Source: Eledone cirrhosa (taxonomy: Eukaryota). Taken from it: 64,000 bases of DNA. Position numbers and translations under genes: made by a program. Position 1 is the first letter of the stretch; each line of letters opens with the position of its first letter. The stretch covers positions 29,078,001 through 29,142,000 of the forward strand of contig OZ024750.1 in the NCBI GenBank assembly GCA_964016885.1. Reading direction: 5' to 3'. The notes beneath the pieces are model-generated. The model was not told where the DNA came from, ran no database searches, and saw nothing but the letters and a program-made list of their open reading frames with translations. This document shows positions 14,606 to 39,200 of this stretch, in pieces.

Positions 14606-17600
14606 TTCTCTTTTACTCTTTTACCTGTTTTAGCCATCCGGCTGAGGCCATGCTGGGGCACCGCCCTTGTTGCTACACATTTTATCTCCAGCCTGTATAG
14701 GTTGGCCACTGGTGTAGGAGGGAGTTTGTTGCTGCTGCCCTTAGGTTTCCCTCGTGTCTTGCTGTGGGCTCATCCGGGATCCTGGATAACAAGGTGTCGA
14801 GATGTTTCTTAAAGACATCCACCTCCACGTCATGCAAGTCTCGCAGATGCCTCGGCAGCCTGTTGAAGAGTTGAGGGCCCTTGAATCCCAGGCTATTGCA
14901 ATACCTGCTCCTTATTCTAGATGTGGAAGACGGGACCTTTGGCACCACACAGTGACGTCCTGTTCGACGGTTGGTTCAGCTCCCAATGCCAAAGTTTGGT
15001 GCTAGTCCCTCCAGGATTTTCCACATGTAGATCACTGCGTATCTCTCCCGTCTTCGCTCCAAGGAGTAGAGGTTCAGTTCCTTCAGCCTCTCCCAGTAGC
15101 TTGTCTCCCTCATCTTGGCAATCCTCTTGGTGTAGCTTCGCTGGATTGCCTCAAGCTCTGTGGTTAGTTTGACACTATGGGGTGACCACAGCTGGGAGCA
15201 GTAGTCCAGGCGGCTTAGGACAAAAGTCCTCCACAGTGTCAACATGGTGTCTCGATCTCTTGTAAGGAAAGTCCTCAAGATCCAGCCAGCGAATCGTCTA
15301 CATGCTGTCGCCACCTTCATGATGTGTGAAGAAAAAGATGCATCATCGCTCATGTCTATGCCCAGGTCTCGTATCGATTTTGACACGGGGATATCGGTCC
15401 CTCCTGGTCCTGTGTAGCTGTGTTCCGCTATATTTGTGTTTGTGTTTGCAGGTTTGTATTGTAGGGCTTGAAATTTGCCAGCATTAAACTGCATGTTGTT
15501 TTCTTCCGCCCATCTGTATATGGCATCCAGATCCTGCTGTAAGAGGGCAGCGTCAGCCGGGTTTTTGATTGCCTGTGCTACCTTAGTGTCATCAGCATAG
15601 CTAGTGAGGGATGTTGTTGCATGCACCACAGAGGGCATGTCCGAGAGAGCCACCAAAAACAGTAGTGGTCCCAGGACTGTCCCCTGAGGCACCCCACTTG
15701 TTATCGGTGTTTCCCTCGAGAGGGCCCCATTTGCTGCGACTGCCTGGCTTCTGTCCCTCAGGAAGCCATGCAGCCACTCACCTACTTTTCCAGTTATGCC
15801 GAGTCCGTGTAGTTTGTGACATATCATTCCGTGGTCGACCTTGTCAAAGGCCTTCGCAAAGTCAAGATATATCACGTCTACATGTGAGCTGTCTAGTAGC
15901 TGTCTCAGTACCCAGTCGTAGTGATGTAGCAGCTGTGTAAGGCAGCTTCTTCCTGGGCGGAAGCCATGTTGCGTGCTAGTCAGGCGGTCATTTTCTTCGA
16001 GGAAAGTGATTAGTTTCTTTCTGATGACTCGCTCCATGACCTTACTGATATGCGACGTCAGGGAGACTGGCCTATAGTTCTTGGCCTCCGCTCTACTACC
16101 TCCTTTATGGATAGGGCATATTGTGCCTTCTTTCAGCTCCCTGGGTAGTACACCGCTAGCCAAGGAGCTTCTGAAGAGCATCTTCAGTGGAGTTGCTAAG
16201 GCCCGCTTACATATTTTTAGGAGAACTGCTGGGAATCCATCAGGTCCAGCAGCCGAGTCTGTTCTAATTTCATCAATGGCGTACACCACATCCTCCTCCG
16301 TTATGTCTATGTGGTTGATGGTTGCCATTTCTTGATGTAGTGTTGTGGCATCAAAGAACTCCTCTGGCTTCGTTATTTGCATGTGCCTCAGTGGACATGT
16401 GAAGACACTTTTGTACTGTTCGTTCAGTATTTCACATATCTCTTGGGGATTTTCGGTTAATGAACCGTCCGTGTGGAAGAGTGGTCCAATCTTGCAGTGT
16501 ACTGAGGCAGTTTCTTTGCAAATTTAAAGAAGGCCTTAGGGTTTGTTTTAATGTTTTCTATGGCCCTGTTCTCTTCCTTGCCCTCTCATTCTCATGTGAA
16601 AGCTTGAGTGCAATCTCGGTGTCAAGTAGTGCACGTTTCAAATAGGATTCCTTCTTGTTTTGGTTTTGTTGACTATTCAACTGGTTTGAGAGTTTAGTTC
16701 TACGTCTCATAAGGATTTTCCTATCTCTGGGAATAAGATTTTTGTGTCTGTTTGCCTCTTTCTCCGGGACACACTTTTTGCATATGGTGTGTATCGTTGT
16801 CATGAAGTGTTGAAATTGTGTGTTAGTGTCTTGTGTGGCGATGTTTGCACTCCATGTTTGCTTCCGGATTTCACTCTTAATCTTCTTCCAGTCAGCCCCG
16901 TAGAAGTTAAGGCTGGATAGCGTCCCGGAGCTTCTTGGTGGTTTTGTCTCTGTTGGTTCTCTTGGACCACATATCATTAGCTCTACCAAGTTATGATCCG
17001 AGAGAATTGTTGGTGTCACCTTTACATTGTGGATGAGCACTTCGTTGTTTGTAAAACAGAGGTCCAGGACATTTTCGCCTCTTGTTGGGAGGAGTATTGC
17101 TTGCTCCATGAACAGCCTGTGTGTGAGGGCCAGCAGGGATTCCGTCTGTCTCTGTTCTATTGACGTCATTCCAGGGAGGAGGTGGCCCTCAGGCCATTTG
17201 ACCTTTGGTAGGTTGAAGTCTCCCAGCAGTAGGATGTTGAGACCCTGGTCCAGTTTGTCAAGGACCTCTTCTATCCTACTTAGGCTATCCTCAAATTTAC
17301 CCTCATGACTGGGGGCATCGGGCGGCCGATATGTGACACATATTACCGTCTGTAGTTGCTTCATATGTATTATCAGTGTGTCACAGACTGAGTTTGAATG
17401 TGTCAACAGTACAATTGGTGTGACATCTTCACGGATATACAGAGCAACCCCACCATGAGTTCTCTCCTTCCTGTCCGAACGAAATACAGTATATTTCGGT
17501 ATATGTATTTCTGCATCTGCTATACTGCTTGTCAGGTGCGTTTCGGTTAGTGCCATGCATAGTGCTTGATTGCTTATGGCTAAGTCTCCCAGGTAGGAAA

Positions 17601-17858
17601 TTTTACTCATGTTGCTGAGTTTCACCAGGCCCCTGACATTCAGCAGCAGCACTGGTGTGACTTTTGGGGTGCCAGTAATGGCTGTCGGTATGACACCTGG
17701 TCTGGTGTCAGCGGCGGCCACTCTGGGTCCCTTAACTGCGGTGGTCTCGAGTGCTGGTGTGGATGACCCTGGCTCTGGAGACGATGCAGCCAGGTCAGCT
17801 GTCCCACAATCTTCTCTGCCATCACTAAAAAATTTTTCTGATCTGCTGCTGCCATCTG
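14606..17858 (-). mobile_element. CR1-group LINE family B copy 1 (end of ORF1 plus APE-RT ORF2)
   Basis: APE motifs LNVRGL, LTETHL, YRPP, GDFN, LDLCF, SDH. RT motifs NYRPVSL, DFAKAFD, GVPQG, YADD. Two 1-nt deletions near 16515 and 16573, in-frame TGA at 14976-14978, tail (GTAAAAGA)2. Confidence 0.95.
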
Positions 17859-19187
<1,329 letters not shown>

Positions 19188-19796
19188 GGTGGCTGCCAAC
19201 TCGTTTTCGAGTACGGCCACCTACTTTATATCCATGTAGGAGAACCCCTACCGATGCGCTGAACGAGTGTGACTTTTTAGTCCAGCCTGCGACTTGAAAA
19301 CTCTGGTACAAACACTACACTTGTGACAATTACTGACACATAGTGCTGGGCCCATGGTACCATGTGACGACAAGTGCAGAGAGATCTCCAGATATAAAGC
19401 AATGCCTGTGCCGTGAAGCTTTTATAGTGAGCAAAGGCACTGCACAAAGCCAGTCCCACTCTCTTAACCAAGATGATATTTACCAAAAAGAAGAACAAGT
19501 CAACATCATTGGATACCATCAGGGTTGCAGGTGTTATATCAGAGTTTTCCTTCTCCTAGAATTCTGCCTGACAAAGGCTAAGGGGTCATCTCTCCCGGTG
19601 ATTTTGGATGGCCATTGACTCTTAAGAGCTCCTTTGCCCCTTGACAGGTTTTGTTTTTAGTCCTGCAGGATGTCCAAAGTCACCCTCCTCACCAAGAAAC
19701 CTTGGGGGGGTTGCCAGTTTAGTCGCCAACGACCCGACCATGAGACAGGTTGTACTGGGATACATGTTACCAGTAGCACCACTAGTGACCTGACAT
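19188..19796 (-). mobile_element. ~610-bp non-coding, non-autonomous retroelement (RTE-like), copy 1
   Basis: Near-identical to 42031-42640 with the same two ends and no TIR. Minus strand has CTAGGAGAAGGAAAACTCTGA, which I recall from RTE 5' UTRs, and a 3'-terminal stem-loop GUGGC..ACUCG-AAAA-CGAGU..GCCAC. Confidence 0.7.
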
Positions 19797-24905
<5,109 letters not shown>

Positions 24906-25328
24906 TAACTTTGAATAACTTTGAAATGTTTTGGCCAGTATTGGCCCAGGCCATGTCTAACTTAATAGCACCACCTGGCGAAGTCCACCACCTGGCGAAG
25001 TCTTTCAATTCAGGATTTGGGCACCATGGCCCATTCGAGAAGAGAATTACTGTTTGCGGAGACATATCCGGGTGTGGGTGGTTTGTCCGGGATTACTTGG
25101 AGGGAATTTGTCCAAAGACTTCTTGAATTTTGTGTGGTCAGTTTCTGTTTTGACGTGTCCTGGTGTGATGTTGAAGAGAGCAGGGCCGATTGAGGTGAAA
25201 TAATTGTGCCGTATTGTTGTTATGAGTTGCGATTTAGATTTTTGAATGGGACGGATAGCACGGGGCCCAAGCCTTCGGTGTATCTTGAAGGCGATGCCAA
25301 CATCATTTGGGCAGTGATGATGGAACAT
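24906..25328 (-). mobile_element. CR1-group LINE family A, short 3' fragment
   Basis: Near-identical to 9116-9511 with the same tail. Carries a 17-bp tandem duplication caccacctggcgaagtc. Confidence 0.93.
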
Positions 25329-25398
25329 ATATATACATATATATATACATATATATATACATATATATATACATATATATATACATATATATATATAC

Positions 25399-25451
<53 letters not shown>

Positions 25452-25485
25452 TATACATATATATATACATATATATATACATATG

Positions 25486-25521
<36 letters not shown>

Positions 25522-25554
25522 CATATACATATATGTATATATATATACATATAC

Positions 25555-25743
<189 letters not shown>

Positions 25744-25825
25744 TACACATATATATTATATGTATATATATATATATATATATACATATATATACATATA
25801 TATATATACATATATACATATATAC

Positions 25826-25862
<37 letters not shown>

Positions 25863-25871
25863 TACATATAT

Positions 25872-25902
<31 letters not shown>

Positions 25903-25913
25903 TACATATATAC

Positions 25914-25968
<55 letters not shown>

Positions 25969-26003
25969 TATACATATATATACATATATATACATATATA
26001 TAC

Positions 26004-26035
<32 letters not shown>

Positions 26036-26263
26036 ACATATATAATACATATATACATATATATACATATATATACATATATATACATATATATATATGT
26101 ACATATATATATATATATACATATATATACATGTATATATATATATATATATACATATATATACATGTATATATATATATATATATATACATATATATAC
26201 ATATATATATATATATACATATATATACATGTATATAATATATATATATATACATATATATAC

Positions 26264-26294
<31 letters not shown>

Positions 26295-26338
26295 TATACA
26301 TATATATACATGTAATATATATATATATATACATATAT

Positions 26339-26369
<31 letters not shown>

Positions 26370-26416
26370 CATATATATATACATATATATACATGTATAT
26401 ATATATATATATATAC

Positions 26417-26538
<122 letters not shown>

Positions 26539-26544
26539 TATAGA

Positions 26545-26597
<53 letters not shown>

Positions 26598-26620
26598 GTA
26601 TATATATATATATATATACA

Positions 26621-26668
<48 letters not shown>

Positions 26669-26734
26669 TACATATATACATATATATATACATATATATA
26701 CATATATATATATATGTATATATATATACATATA

Positions 26735-26782
<48 letters not shown>

Positions 26783-26811
26783 TATCATATATATATATAT
26801 ATGTATATATA

Positions 26812-26841
26812 TCATCATCATCATTTTACGTCCGCTTTTCC
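26812..26841 (-). mobile_element. 30-bp SINE 3' tail fragment
   Basis: Minus strand GGAAAAGCGGACGTAAAATGATGATGATGA matches the SINE tail at 48630-48650. Confidence 0.7.
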
Positions 26842-26846
26842 TATAC

Positions 26847-26881
<35 letters not shown>

Positions 26882-26887
26882 TATACA

Positions 26888-26935
<48 letters not shown>

Positions 26936-26950
26936 TATACATATATATAC

Positions 26951-27009
<59 letters not shown>

Positions 27010-27024
27010 TATACATATATATAC

Positions 27025-27057
<33 letters not shown>

Positions 27058-27069
27058 TACATATATATA

Positions 27070-27101
<32 letters not shown>

Positions 27102-27142
27102 GTATATACATATATATACATATATATATATATATTATACAT

Positions 27143-27180
<38 letters not shown>

Positions 27181-27203
27181 TACATATATATACATATATA
27201 TAT

Positions 27204-27254
27204 CCAGCATGGCCTCAGCCGGATGGCTGAAACAGGTAAAAGAGTAAAAGAGTA
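27204..27254 (+). mobile_element. 51-bp extreme 3' fragment of LINE family B
   Basis: ccagcatggcctcagccggatggctgaaacaggtaaaagagtaaaagagta is identical to 39887-39937. Confidence 0.9.
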
Positions 27255-27258
27255 TATG

Positions 27259-27411
<153 letters not shown>

Positions 27412-27431
27412 GTATATATTATATATATACA

Positions 27432-27538
<107 letters not shown>

Positions 27539-27556
27539 CATATATATATATACATG

Positions 27557-27588
<32 letters not shown>

Positions 27589-27592
27589 CATG

Positions 27593-27640
<48 letters not shown>

Positions 27641-27690
27641 CATATATATATATATACATATATATATATACATGTATAGATATACATGTA

Positions 27691-27722
<32 letters not shown>

Positions 27723-27781
27723 CATATATATATATATGTATATATATATACATATATATATATATATGTATATATATATAC

Positions 27782-27848
<67 letters not shown>

Positions 27849-27852
27849 CATG

Positions 27853-27888
<36 letters not shown>

Positions 27889-27903
27889 CATGTATATATA
27901 TAC

Positions 27904-27984
<81 letters not shown>

Positions 27985-28028
27985 CATGTATATATATACA
28001 TGTATATATATACATGTATATATATGTA

Positions 28029-28062
<34 letters not shown>

Positions 28063-28063
28063 C

Positions 28064-28094
<31 letters not shown>

Positions 28095-28143
28095 CATATA
28101 TATATACATATATATATATACATATATATATATATACATATAC

Positions 28144-28192
<49 letters not shown>

Positions 28193-28235
28193 CATGTATA
28201 TATATATATGTATATATATATATACATATATATAT

Positions 28236-28316
<81 letters not shown>

Positions 28317-28331
28317 CATATATATATATAT

Positions 28332-28363
<32 letters not shown>

Positions 28364-28406
28364 CATGTATATATATATATGTATATATATATATACATAT
28401 ATATAT

Positions 28407-28463
<57 letters not shown>

Positions 28464-28506
28464 CATGTATATATATATATGTATATATATATATACATAT
28501 ATATAT

Positions 28507-28713
<207 letters not shown>

Positions 28714-28714
28714 C

Positions 28715-28747
<33 letters not shown>

Positions 28748-28750
28748 CAA

Positions 28751-28827
<77 letters not shown>

Positions 28828-28828
28828 C

Positions 28829-28861
<33 letters not shown>

Positions 28862-28862
28862 C

Positions 28863-30930
28863 GATATTAAATAAATGGAAACTATATTTATAAAACCATA
28901 TTTATTTCATTATATATATTTCAGGGATATCATATAAAAATATGTTATGCCTTCTTCAGACAAAATACAATATAAACAGTCTTATAAATAGATAGATTCG
29001 ACATACCTTTCAACTTCGACTTCTATTTGAAAAGTTGATTTGGTAGTGAAAAAATATTAGGGACAGTTATAAAAAGAAAGAAAGAAAAACGAAGAAAAAG
29101 AAAAAATGCATAGATAGAGAGAAGAAATTCATGTAAAGAAACAGAGAGAGATATATTGAGAGAGGAAAAAAACACAGAGGGAGATAGATAGAGAGAGAGA
29201 GAAGAGAAGAGAAGAGAGGAGAGAGAGAGAGAAGAGAGGAGAGAGAGAGAGAGAGAAAATATAGAGAGATAGATATAGATAGAGATAAAGAAACTAGGTA
29301 GTTGGGCACTAGTTGAATGACGTATCAATGATATATTTATTTATTTAGCTCTAGTATTAACGTAGAGAGAGATATATGTGGTTAAGAGGAGAAAACAGCC
29401 GTTACATAGAGAGAAAAGAAAAATATCCAGACAAAAACGAGGCAGATTTAAAACACTGTTTCATCAATGTAAAAAATATCAATTCGTATAAAACAGGCAT
29501 TATAATGTAAATATCAGTATTCATGAATGAGACACGTATCAATAATGTGTGAAAAATAATGATCATATGTCTAGTTTAAAATTCCTAGGTTTATATTAGA
29601 GTTGAGATAAAATAGAAGGTTATCCCAGATTTTATACTATATACATCCATGTGAATTTACGTGATCATCTCTGCAAATTCCTATTTCACACGAAAACATT
29701 CTCATTGTGCTATAAAAATTTAAGTATACATATATGTGTACATACACACAAATATATATAGAGTCTACATTAATTTTAACAATACTATTCATGTCTTTAC
29801 TCTACATGATTATCGTTCAAGCATAAATAGAAAACAGATATCAATATATCAATAAAAATATCAGAAACAAAAAGTAATAAAAAACAAAAAAAAAAAAAAA
29901 AATCAAAAAAATATTAAAAATAAGAATAAAACATAGTATGCCCCGCAAATCAACCACAGAGATCAACCCTTCAAAGTTAATTGACAATATATTGCCAAGT
30001 TCGTTATAAGCATCAGAATCAAAAGCAAACAAAACCAAAAATTAATTATTTACCAAGTCCTGTCTAGCAGAAAACATTCCAAAAGTTTAGGATACCCATT
30101 TGATCTACAGATGGTCTTATATTTAATATAGAAGTTTATCTAGTGTAAAATTTATTCGATATATTTGGAGCATCAGCTTTAGGGTAGTTTAATTATTCAT
30201 GAAGAATGTTTAAATAAAAAGGAATCGAAAGATTTATAGGCGAGTTTCATAAATAATTATAAATCAAATTAAATATACTACATTTTAAATTTATATTTAT
30301 ATTTAAAAGTTGAGTTCAATCTATGTCTGCAGCAACTGAATAAATTTGTCCGTAAATTAAGGGAATTTTTAGATTTTAGTATAAAGAATATCTCCTCTGC
30401 ACAGAGGTCACATGTCTCAGAGGATGAATTAAAAGGAATCCCTCTTGAGACTATATTCCAAGCCGTTGAATATCCAACGTTATCATGCCTAAGTTGCCAG
30501 AGTAGGCCTGATAGTGATGTTGAGGATTTTTTGTTTGGATCTGTGAAAGAATTCTTGTGGTTATTATAGCGAAGTTTAAATTCTGTCGAGGTGGAACCAA
30601 CATAGTTAAAAGAATTTAAGTCCGTTTTAACATTACAGTTGTATATTATATTTTTAACTAAGCAATTGTTATTTAACGGACATTTAGATCTATCTCTACA
30701 GTTACATTTGTTAACTTGGATATTATTTATGCTATTATCGGTATTTTGGCTAGGTTTTAAATTCCTATTATTTATTCTATTAATATTTTGTGCTAAATTT
30801 TGGTGGATGAGTAGGTTAATTTTATAGTATGTCTATTGAAAATTGAGTGATACCTATGTGTTCTAGGGAAGCGATTATCAAGAGCATTAAAAAATAGTTT
30901 AGCGATGTGGGTTTTAATGTTTAGTGAGAA

Positions 30931-30961
<31 letters not shown>

Positions 30962-31788
30962 AGCCATATTATATTCCTAGTTCTATTTCTTTTTTGGCTT
31001 TTGAATTATTGTAATGCTTTCTATTATAGTTGTTAAAGTTGTTGCCGTAATTAAATTGTTGTTATTTTGGTTAGTTTGTCTATTATTATCTATGTACATA
31101 ATTGTATCACTATATCCTGCTCTAGCTAACGCTTCATTGTAATACTGGGCTTTTTCGTCGAAAATCTTTTTATTAGATGAGATTCTAGAGATACGATTTT
31201 GAACAGAGTTTACTATAGTATTTTTAACAGATCTGGGGTGGTTAGAGTTAAAGCTGACATAGTTTAAGTTTTCATTCAACTTGTGAAATGGATAGTGAAG
31301 ACGTGTTGAGATTTAATGTTACATCTAGGAAATTGACTATTCTATGGTTATTCTCAATTTCTATTTTTAGATTAAAGTAATTAAAAAAATTGTGTAATTT
31401 GTTTTCTTTTTAGTTCAGAGTTATTATTTTCAATAAGTAAAAGCATGTCATCTCTATATAAACCTCCGGTAGCACCGGGTATTTTCCTATGCAGCGAATT
31501 GATTAAAAATAGGCCCACAAGGTCAGTTACTTGAGCTGAGTCGGATGATCCCATAGTAATGTCGAAATTGTTATCTCTATCTGCTCTGGTCCATAGTTGG
31601 TCATTAAATTCTATCAGTGTTTTCCTAGCCGATAATATAATGTGCATTTCATTGCTAGTTAGGTCTGTATGTTTGAATGCGTAATTTAGTGCCTTATTTA
31701 GTAGATTAGGGGTAATAGATGAATAATAGTTAGCGATATCTAGTTGAATAAACTTATTATTATTGTTATATTTAATTTCTTTAAACCA
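28863..31788 (-). mobile_element. Penelope-like element (RT plus C-terminal GIY-YIG), 5'-truncated and frameshifted, probably Hydra clade
   Basis: RT motifs [34 protein letters not shown]. Endonuclease CNCR..CPL...CL..IIY..YVGST..FKLRYNNH..CDLC..LNLR..CCRH, stop at 30278. 3' pLTR-like region with hammerhead. Clade assignment is from recalled motifs. Confidence 0.85.
28903..28967 (-). ncRNA. Minimal type-I hammerhead ribozyme in the PLE terminal region
   Basis: Stem I UAUUUUGU/AUGAAAUA; CUGAAGA; stem II AGG/CCU; GAAA; palindromic UAUAUA; triplet AUA. Confidence 0.75.
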
Positions 31789-36265
<4,477 letters not shown>

Positions 36266-39200
36266 AGGAAAGGGAAAAAAAAAAGGAGGAGAGCACAAGC
36301 ACGGACCTGAAAGAAAATGATATACCCTCCGCTACAGGCAGGGAGGGCAGGCCGGGCAACCAACAAGCTAAGGGCAAAGGTGAAAAGCGAAATCACCTTC
36401 CGAAGGAGAACCAAGCGCAGAGGGACCAGTGGACAACTGTTCAAAGAAAGAACAGAAAGCACCGAGACACTGGGAGCAAAAAACACCAAGTAATGTGCAA
36501 GTTTTTCAAGAACGGGACATGCTGGTATGGAGAGACAGGGATGGATGCAGATTCGCCCACCCTAGGTCTCAAACGAACTATGCCCATCATACTCGCGCAA
36601 CATGCCCCAGCCAAAGCCGAAATAAGCCGCTCCAGAAGTATGCTGATGTCGCGCGTGCTGCACCAACAAGGAGAAGGCACGCACATGCCGACGAGATACA
36701 GATGGCAGCAGCAGATCAGAAAAATTTTTAAGTGATGGCAGAGAAGATTGTGGGACAGCTGACCTGGCTGCATCGTCTCCAGAGCCAGGGTCATCCACAC
36801 CAGCACTCGAGACCACCGCAGTTAAGGGACCCAGAGTGGCCGCCGCTGACACCAGACCAGGTGTCATACCGACAGCCATTACTGGCACCCCAAAAGTCAC
36901 ACCAGTGCTGCTGCTGAATGTCAGGGGCCTGGTGAAACTCAGCAACATGAGTAAAATTTCCTACCTGGGAGACTTAGCCATAAGCAATCAAGCACTATGC
37001 ATGGCACTAACCGAAACGCACCTGACAAGCAGTATAGCAGATGCAGAAATACATATACCGAAATATACTGTATTTCGTTCGGACAGGAAGGAGAGAACTC
37101 ATGGTGGGGTTGCTCTGTATATCCGTGAAGATGTCACACCAATTGTTCTGTTGACACATTCAAACTCAGTCTGTGACACACTGATAATACATATGAAGCA
37201 ACTACAGACAGTAATATGTGTCACATATCGGCCGCCCGATGCCCCCAGTCATGAGGGTAAATTTGAGCATAGCCTAAGTAGGATAGAAGAGGTCCTTGAC
37301 AAACTGGACCAGGGTCTCAACATCCTACTGCTGGGAGACTTCAACCTACCAAAGGTCAAATGGCCTGAGGGCCACCTCCTCCCTGGAATGACGTCAATAG
37401 AACAGAGACAGACGGAATCCCTGCTGGCCCTCACACACAGGCTGTTCATGGAGCAAGCAATACTCCTCCCAACAAGAGGCGAAAATGTCCTGGACCTCTG
37501 TTTTACAAACAAAATGTAAAGGTGACACCAACAATTCTCTCGGATCATAACTTGGTAGAGCTAATGATATGTGGTCCAAGAGAACCAACAGAGACAAAAC
37601 CACCAAGAAGCTCCGGGACGCTATCCAGCCTTAACTTCTACGGGGCTGACTGGAAGAAGATTAAGAGTGAAATCCGGAAGCAAACATGGAGTGCAAACAT
37701 CGCCACACAAGACACTAACACACAATTTCAACACTTCATGACAACGATACACACCATATGCAAAAAGTGTGTCCCGGAGAAAGAGGCAAACAGACACAAA
37801 AATCTTATTCCCAGAGATAGGAAAATCCTTATGAGACGTAGAACTAAACTCTCAAACCAGTTGAATAGTCAACAAAACCAAAACAAGAAGGAATCCTATT
37901 TGAAACGTGCACTACTTGACACCGAGATTGCACTCAAGCTTTCACATGAGAATGAGAGGGCAAGGAAAGAGAACAGGGCCATAGAAAACATTAAAACAAA
38001 CCCTAAGGCCTTCTTTAAATTTGCAAAAGAAACTGCCTCAGTACACTGCAAGATTGGACCACTCTTCCACACGGACGGTTCATTAACCGAAAATCCCCAA
38101 GAGATATGTGAAATACTGAACGAACAGTACAAAAGTGTCTTCACATGTCCACTGAGGCACATGCAAATAACGAAGCCAGAGGAGTTCTTTGATGCCACAA
38201 CACTACATCAAGAAATGGCAACCATCAACCACATAGACATAACGGAGGAGGATGTGGTGTACGCCATTGATGAAATTAGAACAGACTCGGCTGCTGGACC
38301 TGATGGATTCCCAGCAGTTCTCCTAAAAATATGTAAGCGGGCCTTAGCAACTCCACTGAAGATGCTCTTCAGAAGCTCCTTGGCTAGCGGTGTACTACCC
38401 AGGGAGCTGAAAGAAGGCACAATATGCCCTATCCATAAAGGAGGTAGTAGAGCGGAGGCCAAGAACTATAGGCCAGTCTCCCTGACGTCGCATATCAGTA
38501 AGGTCATGGAGCGAGTGGTCAGAAAGAAACTAATCACTTTCCTCGAAGAAAATGACCGCCTGACTAGCACGCAACATGGCTTCCGCCCAGGAAGAAGCTG
38601 CCTTACACAGCTGCTACATCACTACGACTGGGTACTGAGACAGCTACTAGACAGCTCACATGTAGACGTGATATATCTTGACTTTGCGAAGGCCTTTGAC
38701 GAGGTCGACCACGGAATGATATGTCACAAACTACACGGACTCGGCATAACTGGAAAAGTAGGTGAGTGGCTGCATGGCTTCCTGAGGGACAGAAGCCAGG
38801 CAGTCGCAGCAAATGGGGCCCTCTCGAGGGAAACACCGATAACAAGTGGGGTGCCTCAGGGGACAGTCCTGGGACCACTACTGTTTTTGGTGGCTCTCTC
38901 GGACATGCCCTCTGTGGTGCATGCAACAACATCCCTCACTAGCTATGCTGATGACACTAAGGTAGCACAGGCAATCAAAAACCCGGCTGACGCTGCCCTC
39001 TTACAGCAGGATCTGGATGCCATATACAGATGGGCGGAAGAAAACAACATGCAGTTTAATGCTGGCAAATTCCAAGCCCTACAATACAAACCTGCAAACA
39101 CAAACACAAATATAGCGGAACACAGCTACACAGGACCAGGAGGGACCGATATCCCCGTGTCAAAATCGATACGAGACCTGGGCATAGACATGAGCGATGA

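Noticed and set aside
15611-17308. Antisense ORFs within the LINE copies
   Set aside because: Shadow frames of ORF2 with no recognisable motifs.
19700-19796. Canonical HDV-like or twister ribozyme at the 5' end of the 610-bp element
   Set aside because: P3-like (ACC/GGU) and CUAA features exist but there is no room for P1'; the twister match is only loose.
30933-30959. Long G run as a functional G-quadruplex
   Set aside because: It falls on the Pro-Pro codons of the PLE W..PPFS motif (minus strand) and looks like an expanded or mis-called homopolymer.
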